64,000 nt of DNA, from positions 1 through 64,000 of the IMG/VR virus record IMGVR_UViG_3300025141_000022; one strand, given 5' to 3'. Shown piece by piece: positions 1 through 7,165 of the stretch. Position numbers and translations under genes: made by a program. Below the pieces are notes generated by a model. That model was given only the letters and a program-made list of their open reading frames with translations. It did no database searches and was not told where the DNA came from. The DNA comes from a virus. Every line of letters starts with the position of its first letter. Position 1 is the stretch's first letter.

Positions 1-1
1 C

Positions 2-124
2 GCGGGTATCTTTCTGCGGTGGATTGAAGATCCCACAGACTTTAGGGATATTGTTGTGTTTCACAATGGAAGGGAAACACTCTGGTGCGCTTTCCAGTGC
101 GAGGTAATCAATGAAAGTCGGTGA
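2..124 (+). CDS. VGDLV-family small protein, 5'-partial (array continues upstream of the window)
   Basis: Open frame from base 2 ending ...FQCEVINESR*, the same C-terminus as downstream array members. Confidence 0.65.
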   Translation, partial: AGIFLRWIEDPTDFRDIVVFHNGRETLWCAFQCEVINESR

Positions 125-278
125 TCTGGTGCGGTGGCAATCCTGGGACAAGAGAGAGCGCGTGGGGCTCATCGTGCGTATGCGCCGATTGGAGCCAGCT
201 ATGATCCTGTGGGCATATACGCACACAGGCGAAGCTCTCAAGGCTGACGATCTGGAGGTAATCAATGAAAGTCGGTGA
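111..278 (+). CDS. VGDLV-family small SH3/KOW-like protein (55 aa, not in ORF track)
   Basis: Hand translation MKVGDLVRWQSWDKRERVGLIV...DDLEVINESR*; GAGG RBS. Confidence 0.8.
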   Translation: MKVGDLVRWQSWDKRERVGLIVRMRRLEPAMILWAYTHTGEALKADDLEVINESR

Positions 279-432
279 TCTGGTGCGTATGCGTAACGAA
301 ACGATGTGGCTTGTTACCTGTGTCGTTGGTGACGATGCGCTGCTACAAAATCTAAAGACGGGCTATCGGATATGGGCGACATGGAACCTTACACACGGCA
401 GGCTCAACTACGAAGTAGTGAGCGCAGCATGA
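265..432 (+). CDS. VGDLV-family small protein (55 aa, not in ORF track)
   Basis: MKVGDLVRMRNETMWLVTCVVGDD...YEVVSAA*; GGAGG RBS. Confidence 0.8.
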   Translation: MKVGDLVRMRNETMWLVTCVVGDDALLQNLKTGYRIWATWNLTHGRLNYEVVSAA

Positions 433-584
433 AAGTCGGTGATTTGGTAAAGTGTCACGATCAGGTTGGCTTGCTGATTAAGCAACTTCCTGGCACACCT
501 GCATACTGGATTGTCCAGTGGTCAAATGGTGTGCTGGATACGGTGAATCCCTATCTGCTGGAGTTGATCAATGAAAGTCGGTGA
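429..584 (+). CDS. VGDLV-family small protein (51 aa)
   Basis: MKVGDLVKCHDQVGLLIKQ...LELINESR*; ATGA overlap with the previous gene; track ORF 372..584 over-extends the 5' end. Confidence 0.8.
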   Translation: MKVGDLVKCHDQVGLLIKQLPGTPAYWIVQWSNGVLDTVNPYLLELINESR

Positions 585-768
585 TATTGTTAAATATCGT
601 TCACGCTGGGGGCGGGTTACTTGCGGCATGATCGTTGAGCAAGGCGGGTGTCTGGCAACTACACCGATTTGGGTTGTTCAACGCATTAAAAGCGGCTATG
701 AAGGACAGCCAATCCGAGCGCATGTGCTACAGGGTGATATACTGGAGGTTATCAGTGAAAGTCGGTGA
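571..768 (+). CDS. VGDLV-family small protein
   Basis: MKVGDIVKY...LEVISESR*. Confidence 0.8.
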   Translation: MKVGDIVKYRSRWGRVTCGMIVEQGGCLATTPIWVVQRIKSGYEGQPIRAHVLQGDILEVISESR

Positions 769-964
769 CTTGGTGAGAGTTTATGATTTCTCGCATGAGG
801 CGCGCAAGAGGCTATCCCCCGCGCGCGTCTTAGAGATCAATGCTCATTATGTCGGGCTCATCGTCGCGACCAGCGACAACGATCCCAAGCATCGCAGGGT
901 GCTCCGCTGCGTCGATGGCGAGTGGGAAGATTATCATGTGAATCGCTTGGAGGTGATCGCATGA
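755..964 (+). CDS. VGDLV-family small protein (GTG start)
   Basis: (M)KVGDLVRVYDF...RLEVIA*; GGAGG RBS. Confidence 0.8.
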   Translation: MKVGDLVRVYDFSHEARKRLSPARVLEINAHYVGLIVATSDNDPKHRRVLRCVDGEWEDYHVNRLEVIA

Positions 965-1164
965 ATCCCGGCGATTTGGTTATAACTAAGCGTGCTTCTG
1001 TCGGCGTACCAACCGGCACTTACGGGCTGATTGTAAAGTCATTTATGCCTCATGACTGGGAGAAAGACGGTGAGAAGATCCACGAACTTCAGCTTATCGG
1101 CACGAAGGGTGCGAACCGTCGCTATCTGGCTAGAGATTTGAAGGTTATAAATGCAAGTCGGTGA
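961..1164 (+). CDS. VGDLV-family small protein
   Basis: MNPGDLVITKR...DLKVINASR*; GGAGGTGATC at 949-958. Confidence 0.8.
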   Translation: MNPGDLVITKRASVGVPTGTYGLIVKSFMPHDWEKDGEKIHELQLIGTKGANRRYLARDLKVINASR

Positions 1165-1345
1165 TCTAGTGCGTATGTGCTGCATGGGGCGAAGTCGCGA
1201 CTGGAACAGGTCTGGTGTTGTAGTGGGCATCGAAAAGGGCGGGCTCGATGATCAGGCAACGATCCAAGTTATGTGGTCTTTTCTCGGAGGAGAAATCAGG
1301 TGGGAATGCCCACAGGATATAGAGGTGATCAGTGAAAGTCGGTGA
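1151..1345 (+). CDS. VGDLV-family small protein
   Basis: MQVGDLVRM...DIEVISESR*. Confidence 0.8.
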   Translation: MQVGDLVRMCCMGRSRDWNRSGVVVGIEKGGLDDQATIQVMWSFLGGEIRWECPQDIEVISESR

Positions 1346-1598
1346 TCTGGTTAAAGTTATTTATGATGGATCCACTGGCCTCGTTATTGGTATCGAGCAG
1401 GGAGTCAAGAGCATAGAAGAGTGTGACTTTGGCGACACCGCTTGGGTTTATCTGCATACCGGCGAGAGCTTCAGAGCCGACAAGCTGGAGGTGATCAGCA
1501 CTGCACTGACCGATGAGCAACTTGATAATGTCGTCGGAGGCATGAGCCCGCAGAAGTTTAGTAACTGGCGAGCCGAGAAGTTGAACGAAGGCCAGTGA
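1332..1598 (+). CDS. VGDLV-family protein with a C-terminal double-glycine-leader-like extension
   Basis: MKVGDLVKV...KLEVIS followed by TALTDEQLDNVVGGMSPQKF... Confidence 0.75.
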   Translation: MKVGDLVKVIYDGSTGLVIGIEQGVKSIEECDFGDTAWVYLHTGESFRADKLEVISTALTDEQLDNVVGGMSPQKFSNWRAEKLNEGQ

Positions 1599-1619
1599 TC
1601 CGATCATCAGTAAAGTCTC

Positions 1620-1674
1620 TTGACATTTTCTTGACAACTTTCCTGTTGACTTCTGCCTTCGCATATGAGATAAT
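1620..1674 (+). promoter_or_regulatory. Sigma70-type promoter with two extra upstream TTGACA
   Basis: TTGACA 1620 and 1631; TTGACT 1646, 17 bp, TGnGATAAT. Confidence 0.75.
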
Positions 1675-1697
1675 ACAGAAGTAATCAAGGAGTACAC

Positions 1698-1997
1698 ATG
1701 CTTTCAGACCGCGACAATCTTATCTCTCTTGCTTCCGATCTCTTCAAGGATGCCAATGGCTTCCGTCCACGCGGGATCTTCAACTGGGAGGCCATGAGCA
1801 TCGCAGATCTTGAGGATCTGGTTGACTGCCTTGGTCATGAGCTTGAGGCGATCATCGTCGCAGAGCGCGAGTGGAAGGTCGAAGAGGATCGCATGTGGCG
1901 CGAAGACGTTGCCCTTGGCATCGTTCCTCCGACTCCCGATGTGGAGCTTGAGTCGTGGGAGATTTGGGAGGCCCGTGCTGAAGCAGCCGGGTTTTAA
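1698..1997 (+). CDS. Hypothetical phage protein
   Basis: 99-aa ORF, AAGGAG RBS, own promoter. Confidence 0.75.
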   Translation: MLSDRDNLISLASDLFKDANGFRPRGIFNWEAMSIADLEDLVDCLGHELEAIIVAEREWKVEEDRMWREDVALGIVPPTPDVELESWEIWEARAEAAGF

Positions 1998-2059
1998 ACC
2001 TTTCTTGACATTTTCTTGACATTATTAACCTTGACTTCCCCGTAATATCATGCTATATT
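1997..2059 (+). promoter_or_regulatory. Repeated early promoter element
   Basis: AACCTTTC-TTGACA(2005)-TTGACA(2016)-TTGACT(2031), 17 bp, TGcTATATT(2054). Confidence 0.8.
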
Positions 2060-2107
2060 ATTAGGGTAAGACAGAGAAATCATTAACCTTCATCAGAGGT
2101 AAAGCAC

Positions 2108-2863
2108 ATGGGTAACTGGAATGGAACCGTCCGTTGTGGACATTGTTATGGAAGAGGGCACAATAGAACAACCTGCGAGAAGTTGACAGAACAACTTCAG
2201 GATCGCTTCAACCGACTGCAACAGGCAGTCAAAGACGGTAGCCGTTCGGAGGATGACTATACCTTCGCACACGTTCGCCAGCAGCTTTCTAAGCGCACCG
2301 GCGAAGATCCCGTGACTGGCGAGAAGGTTCGCCGTCGCCGCGAATCGTATGGTGGCCGCGTGTGCTCCTACTGTCAAGAGAGTGGACACAACCGGCGAAC
2401 ATGCCCTCAGTTCAAGAAGGACAAGGCCACGTTCGTAGAACACTCCAAGCAGGCCCGTGCTGCCCTTCTGAGCCGCTTGCAAGAGCACGGAGTAGGTACG
2501 GGCGCGTTGCTGACCAAAGAGGACTACGATGGCGAAAAGCACGCTTATCTCGTCACTGGATTTTCATGGGGCAGTGTCCATCGCAAGAGCTATTGCGACG
2601 GATCGACTGGAAACGCTTGGCTCAAGTGCCGCGATGCTAAGAAGCTGCGGGATCACTTCCTTCACGTTCCTGCATCGTGTTCCGGTAATGAGTCTTACAA
2701 CAACAAGTTTACTATTGCTGGTCCTGTCCCCGTCGTGCAGCCGCCCGATGGATGGTTGGATTGTGAAGACTTGGATGTGAGTACGGTCGGATTGTTCGAC
2801 AAGGGTGAGCACCGCGATTATTACTTCTGGCGTGACATTGATCAAGAAGCTGCTGCCGAGTAG
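2108..2863 (+). CDS. Double CCHC zinc-knuckle protein
   Basis: Two exact CX2CX4HX4C motifs: CGHCYGRGHNRTTC and CSYCQESGHNRRTC. Confidence 0.8.
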   Translation: MGNWNGTVRCGHCYGRGHNRTTCEKLTEQLQDRFNRLQQAVKDGSRSEDDYTFAHVRQQLSKRTGEDPVTGEKVRRRRESYGGRVCSYCQESGHNRRTCPQFKKDKATFVEHSKQARAALLSRLQEHGVGTGALLTKEDYDGEKHAYLVTGFSWGSVHRKSYCDGSTGNAWLKCRDAKKLRDHFLHVPASCSGNESYNNKFTIAGPVPVVQPPDGWLDCEDLDVSTVGLFDKGEHRDYYFWRDIDQEAAAE

Positions 2864-2881
2864 ATTATAAACCTTTTTTCA

Positions 2882-2928
2882 AGGCGGTCAAAATCTGACC
2901 GCCTCTTTCCGCACTCCCATGTTATAAT
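2882..2928 (+). promoter_or_regulatory. 9-bp hairpin followed by an extended -10 promoter
   Basis: AGGCGGTCA/TGACCGCCT stem 2882-2904; TGtTATAAT 2920-2928. Confidence 0.55.
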
Positions 2929-2958
2929 ACTGGGGTAAGTCAAACAAAGGAGACTACA

Positions 2959-3465
2959 TTGACCTTCGACCTTGAAACACTTTCTGACCTTAAACTGACC
3001 ATGAGCGAGTGGTTTACCTTGTCCTCCATGGTGGCATCCGAGAAGGATGGCCGATCCCTCTGGGACGGTGATCATGCCCGTTGTGATATGCTGGTGCTGG
3101 CAGGACTGGTCAAGAAGATTGACCATCGCCTTCACATCACCGAGTCTGGCCGCGATGCTGCCGAGGCCATTGATCAGATCTTTGACTGGGACGGCTTCTG
3201 CTATCCAGAAGAAGAGGTTTTCCTGAATGGCGAGTCCATTACGCGCACTGAGGCCATGACCGAGTATTCTGAGCCCAAGCGCATCACGGTGGGATCGCTT
3301 GTGCGCCACCAGCATCACGGTGAAGGTCTGGTGACCGATCACTTCATGTGGGATGGCGACTGGGGCGGCTTCAGGATTAAACTTCTTAAGCCTGCTCAAA
3401 CTGGTGCTACAACCTCGATTACCGAGTTTAGCGACCGCGCAGATGCCTTTGAACTGGTAAGTTAA
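2959..3465 (+). CDS. Hypothetical protein with a C-terminal VG(S)LV SH3-like domain
   Basis: TTG start with AGGAG RBS; C-terminus ITVGSLVRHQ...AFELVS. Confidence 0.7.
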   Translation: MTFDLETLSDLKLTMSEWFTLSSMVASEKDGRSLWDGDHARCDMLVLAGLVKKIDHRLHITESGRDAAEAIDQIFDWDGFCYPEEEVFLNGESITRTEAMTEYSEPKRITVGSLVRHQHHGEGLVTDHFMWDGDWGGFRIKLLKPAQTGATTSITEFSDRADAFELVS

Positions 3466-3536
3466 ACCTTTCTTGACATTTTCTTGACAACTTCACTATT
3501 GATTTTTCCTGTCCAGCATGCTATATTATATATGTA
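3463..3536 (+). repeat. 74-bp exact direct repeat copy 1 (promoter element)
   Basis: Identical to 4681-4754; TTGACA x2, TTGATT, 17 bp, TATATT. Confidence 0.9.
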
Positions 3537-3582
3537 AGGTAAGGAAACTTTTCAACAACCCTCTCTTCTCTGGAGAACATTC

Positions 3583-4656
3583 ATGTCCATCGACTTCGCA
3601 ACTTTCGTTTCTATCGTCCCTCACGTCCTCAATGTCAAGAAGCCTGTTCTTGTCCGAGGTCGCCACGGCATCGGCAAGTCCTGTGTCGTCTATCAGACCG
3701 CCGACGCGATGGGCATGCCCGTCATCGAGCGTCGAGCTTCCCAGATGACCGAGGGCGATCTTCTTGGTCTGCCTTCGACTGATGGCGAAGTGACCTCTTG
3801 GAACCCACCTGAGTGGTTCAAGACCGCTTGTGAGACTCCCGTTGTCCTCTTTCTGGACGAGGTTGATCGTGCGACCATCGAGGTCCGTCAGGGCATCTTT
3901 GAGTTGACCGATAGCCGCAAGCTGGCTGGTTTCTCGCTCCACGAGGGTACGCTGATCATGGCGGCTGTCAACGGTGGCGAGCATGGCGAGCAGTACCAAG
4001 TCGGTGAAATGGATCCGGCAGAGCTTGACCGCTGGACCGTGTTTGACGTTGAGCCGTCTGTCGAAGACTGGCTCGCATGGGCCAAGGAAGCTGGCATCGA
4101 TGGTGTGATCTGGGACTTCATTAACCAGAATCACAACCACTTGGAGCACACTAGCGATTACGAGCCAAACAAGGTTTATCCTTCTCGTCGTAGCTGGGAG
4201 CGTGTCAACGAGTGCCTGACTGGTGCGGGCCTGCTTCAAGAGGATGGTTATAACTCCTCTGTGCTGTTCCAGCTTACGGGCGCGTTCGTCGGGTTTGAAG
4301 CTGCTGTTGCCTTCAACGACTTCGTTGCTAACTATGAGCGACAAGTGACCATCGAGCAGATCATCGATGAGGGTCAGATTGATAAGACTTCTGACTTCAC
4401 GATCAACGATCACTCTGCGATGGTTGAGAAGATGGAAGCCAGTGAGACTTTCGCTGATGCACTGACTGAGGATCAGGTTGCTAACCTTGCCACCTACTTC
4501 GTCACGCTGCCGTCTGAAGTGGCTATGAAGCTGTGGACGGTGATGGGTAACGGTGCCATCGAGAACACGGTTGCGCTCCATCAGGCGACCACTGCTGACG
4601 GTGTGTCGGTGTCTGGCTACCTCGTTGAACTCCTGACCGGCGAAGCGCAGAGCTAG
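3583..4656 (+). CDS. MoxR-like AAA+ ATPase
   Basis: Walker A GRHGIGKS, Walker B LFLDE, AALDR-like ELDRW, PSRRSW. Confidence 0.9.
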   Translation: MSIDFATFVSIVPHVLNVKKPVLVRGRHGIGKSCVVYQTADAMGMPVIERRASQMTEGDLLGLPSTDGEVTSWNPPEWFKTACETPVVLFLDEVDRATIEVRQGIFELTDSRKLAGFSLHEGTLIMAAVNGGEHGEQYQVGEMDPAELDRWTVFDVEPSVEDWLAWAKEAGIDGVIWDFINQNHNHLEHTSDYEPNKVYPSRRSWERVNECLTGAGLLQEDGYNSSVLFQLTGAFVGFEAAVAFNDFVANYERQVTIEQIIDEGQIDKTSDFTINDHSAMVEKMEASETFADALTEDQVANLATYFVTLPSEVAMKLWTVMGNGAIENTVALHQATTADGVSVSGYLVELLTGEAQS

Positions 4657-4680
4657 TCTCTGCCTTGCCGGAAGGCATTA

Positions 4681-4754
4681 TAAACCTTTCTTGACATTTT
4701 CTTGACAACTTCACTATTGATTTTTCCTGTCCAGCATGCTATATTATATATGTA
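4681..4754 (+). repeat. 74-bp exact direct repeat copy 2 (promoter element)
   Basis: Identical to 3463-3536. Confidence 0.9.
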
Positions 4755-4768
4755 CTAAGGAGATCCCT

Positions 4769-6001
4769 ATGACCGATTCTACTCCCAAGCCCTTTGACCT
4801 TAATCTGCACACGGCACGCCTTCTTATGAGCGAGCCGTTCTTCGCCGCTCTTTCGCGCCGAATCAACAAGTCTTCGTCTTCCGCTGTTCCGACAGCGGGT
4901 GTCAAGGTTGATAAGGATTCTGGTCAGTTTGTGATGATTTATAATCCCAAGTTCTTTGAGGGTCTGACCGACAAAGAGCGTGCCGGTGTGCTGAAGCATG
5001 AGTTTTATCACTTGGTTTTTGAGCATGTTACTGGCCGACTTCCTGAAGAGGGCATGTCACGTCTTTGGAATGTCGCTACTGACCTTTCAATCAACTCCCA
5101 TCTTCAGGGTGAGTTGCCCGATGGTTGCTGTATGCCCGGTCAAGGCCCGTTCGCTGATATGCCGCTTGGCAAGTCTGCTGAGTGGTATTTTGCTGAGTTG
5201 AAGAAGAAACAGAACGACGAGCCTGAAGACGGTGACGGTGATTCTGGCGACGGTTCTGGTGATCCTTCCGAGGATAGCGGTTCTGGACAGCCCGGTGACG
5301 GACAGCCCGATAGCTTTGACGACCATAGCGGTTGGGGCGAAGTCGATCAGGCTACTCGCGATATGGCGAAAGAGCGTCTGAAGGAGACTGTAAAGAAGGC
5401 AGCGGAAGAGGCCGCAAAGTCTAACTCATGGGGATCCGTGTCGGGTCAGGTTCGTCGGGACATCATGGAGCGTCTTCAGTCTAAGGTTGATTGGCGCAAG
5501 GTGCTTCGTTACTTCGTCAAGACCACCCAGCGTGCTAACAAGACGAGCACAGTGCGCCGAATCAACAAGCGTTACCCTTACATCCACGCTGGCAAGCGTG
5601 TCAATCGTACTGCAAAGATCGCGATCAGCATTGATCAGTCTGGTTCTGTTGACGATGGTATGCTTACCGCGTTCTTCTCCGAGTTGAACAAGCTGGCCGA
5701 TCTTGCCGAGTTTACTGTTATCCCCTTCGACACCGAGGTTGCAGAGGATAAGATTTATGTTTGGAAGAAGGGACAGCACAAGAAGGCCGAACGAGTCCTT
5801 TGCGGGGGCACCTGCTTCAACGCGCCGACCAAGTATGTCAACGCTGGCAACTTCGACGGTCACATCGTCTTGACTGACCTCTGTGCTCCTAAGCCGGTGG
5901 CTTCCAAGTGCCAACGCATGTGGATGACCACTAAGGAATATGCTCGACGCCCGTACTTCCAGACGAACGAGCGAATCATCGCTATCGACTCTAAAGTCTA
6001 A
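4769..6001 (+). CDS. DUF2201-type metallopeptidase-like plus VWA domain protein (MoxR partner)
   Basis: HEFYH (HExxH), acidic linker, MIDAS-like DQSGS; AAGGAG RBS favours ATG 4769. Confidence 0.85.
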   Translation: MTDSTPKPFDLNLHTARLLMSEPFFAALSRRINKSSSSAVPTAGVKVDKDSGQFVMIYNPKFFEGLTDKERAGVLKHEFYHLVFEHVTGRLPEEGMSRLWNVATDLSINSHLQGELPDGCCMPGQGPFADMPLGKSAEWYFAELKKKQNDEPEDGDGDSGDGSGDPSEDSGSGQPGDGQPDSFDDHSGWGEVDQATRDMAKERLKETVKKAAEEAAKSNSWGSVSGQVRRDIMERLQSKVDWRKVLRYFVKTTQRANKTSTVRRINKRYPYIHAGKRVNRTAKIAISIDQSGSVDDGMLTAFFSELNKLADLAEFTVIPFDTEVAEDKIYVWKKGQHKKAERVLCGGTCFNAPTKYVNAGNFDGHIVLTDLCAPKPVASKCQRMWMTTKEYARRPYFQTNERIIAIDSKV

Positions 6002-6017
6002 ACATTAACCTTTACTC

Positions 6018-6044
6018 GTGGACCGGAATCGCCCGGTCCACTTT
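6018..6044 (+). terminator. GC-rich hairpin (terminator or processing stem)
   Basis: GTGGACCGG/CCGGTCCAC perfect 9 bp followed by TTT. Confidence 0.5.
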
Positions 6045-6061
6045 AACCATGGAGATCAATA

Positions 6062-6151
6062 ATGATCGTTTCCACTATCGCCGCTTGCACTCTTCTCACC
6101 CTTTGGGGCTGTCTGCCCGTAGTCATGGCTGTCGGCCTTGCGCGGGCCTGA
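6062..6151 (+). CDS. Small hydrophobic peptide (29 aa)
   Basis: MIVSTIAACTLLTLWGCLPVVMAVGLARA*; GGAG RBS. Confidence 0.5.
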   Translation: MIVSTIAACTLLTLWGCLPVVMAVGLARA

Positions 6152-6269
6152 TCTTACCCCTTACTGCTCCTAGAAGCCCTTCTGAGCGTCTGTAGAACAC
6201 TCGGAGGGCAGCAGGATGCAGAGAGGTTGCGAGGGCTCAGAAAGGCTCTAAGGGGCTCTCATGGACATT

Positions 6270-6331
6270 AACCTTTCTTGACATTTACTTGACATTTTAC
6301 CCTTGACTTATAGTTACTGGTGTGATATATT
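6270..6331 (+). promoter_or_regulatory. Repeated early promoter element
   Basis: AACCTTTC-TTGACA(6278)-TTGACA(6289)-TTGACT(6303), 17 bp, TGaTATATT(6326). Confidence 0.8.
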
Positions 6332-6358
6332 TGTTTATATCACGAAGGAGTTTTATTC

Positions 6359-7165
6359 ATGCCCCGATTCACTTACGCCAATCGCCTTGAAGCCATTATC
6401 TCTAACCCGCACGCGACGAAGCGTGACCGGGACTTTGCTGGTTCGTTGTTGAGCTTCTACAAGCGCAAAGGAAGGCTCACACCGGGCCGTGCTCGCTGTG
6501 TGAAGGACTTGGAGGCTCGCTATAGCCCCGAGGCCATCGCAGAGCGTCAGAACAACGCCAAGCCCGTTGTAGCGCGTATCCGAGCCTTGATCGACAGCAC
6601 GCCCGGTCTGTCTGAGTGGGAAGGTGACTTTCTCAACAGCTTGATGGTGCAGGCACAGTATAAGGATCTGTCCGAGGCTCAAAATAAAACTTTGGATAAG
6701 ATCGTAAACCGGCACAGCCCGCATGCGGTAGCCGAGCGTAAAGCATGGAATAGCAGCTATATTTCAGACGGATGCCGCGACAAGGCTATCGTTGCCGCTC
6801 GCTACTATGCCACCACTGGATATTTCAGCGACTTGGCACACAAGATCATCGAGGATGACAGCTTCGTGCCGACTCTGAAGCAGTACAAGGCAATCACCGG
6901 CAACAAGTACGCATCCAAGGTGCTGTCGGCATGGTTTGCCGAGCCGAAATACGCTCTCAAATCGCTTGTGACGCTTCGCACTGGTGCTCCCTATGCTGCA
7001 CGTCGAGGAGCAGGCGACAAGCCCTGTATCGTCATCCAGCACAACGCTGGACCCGTTGTGAGTGCTGCTAGCGGGGCCAAGGTCTACAAGCTGCTGCCTT
7101 TCGGTGCTCCGACTCCGATTCTGGTCGAGGAAAGACATATTAAGAAAGCGAGGAAGACAGCGTGA
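6359..7165 (+). CDS. Hypothetical protein
   Basis: 268-aa ORF, AAGGAG RBS, own promoter. Confidence 0.8.
   Translation: MPRFTYANRLEAIISNPHATKRDRDFAGSLLSFYKRKGRLTPGRARCVKDLEARYSPEAIAERQNNAKPVVARIRALIDSTPGLSEWEGDFLNSLMVQAQYKDLSEAQNKTLDKIVNRHSPHAVAERKAWNSSYISDGCRDKAIVAARYYATTGYFSDLAHKIIEDDSFVPTLKQYKAITGNKYASKVLSAWFAEPKYALKSLVTLRTGAPYAARRGAGDKPCIVIQHNAGPVVSAASGAKVYKLLPFGAPTPILVEERHIKKARKTA

Larger units (their letters stand above)
101..1360 (+). repeat. Eight ~30-bp junction repeats (consensus CTGGAGGTGATCAATGAAAGTCGGTGATCTGGT) separating variable coding units
   Basis: Start codons at 111, 265, 429, 571, 755, 961, 1151, 1332; AAGTCGGTGA exact in 7 of 8; periods 142-206 bp. Confidence 0.9.

Noticed and set aside
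101-1360. Junction repeats as a CRISPR array
   Set aside because: Inter-repeat segments are over 100 bp, variable in length and fully protein-coding; the repeats are degenerate and there is no cas operon.
2093-5914. Long minus-strand ORFs (e.g. 3526..4581, 2842..3399, 5426..5914)
   Set aside because: Antisense shadows of well-supported + strand genes in GC-rich DNA, with no motifs or RBS.
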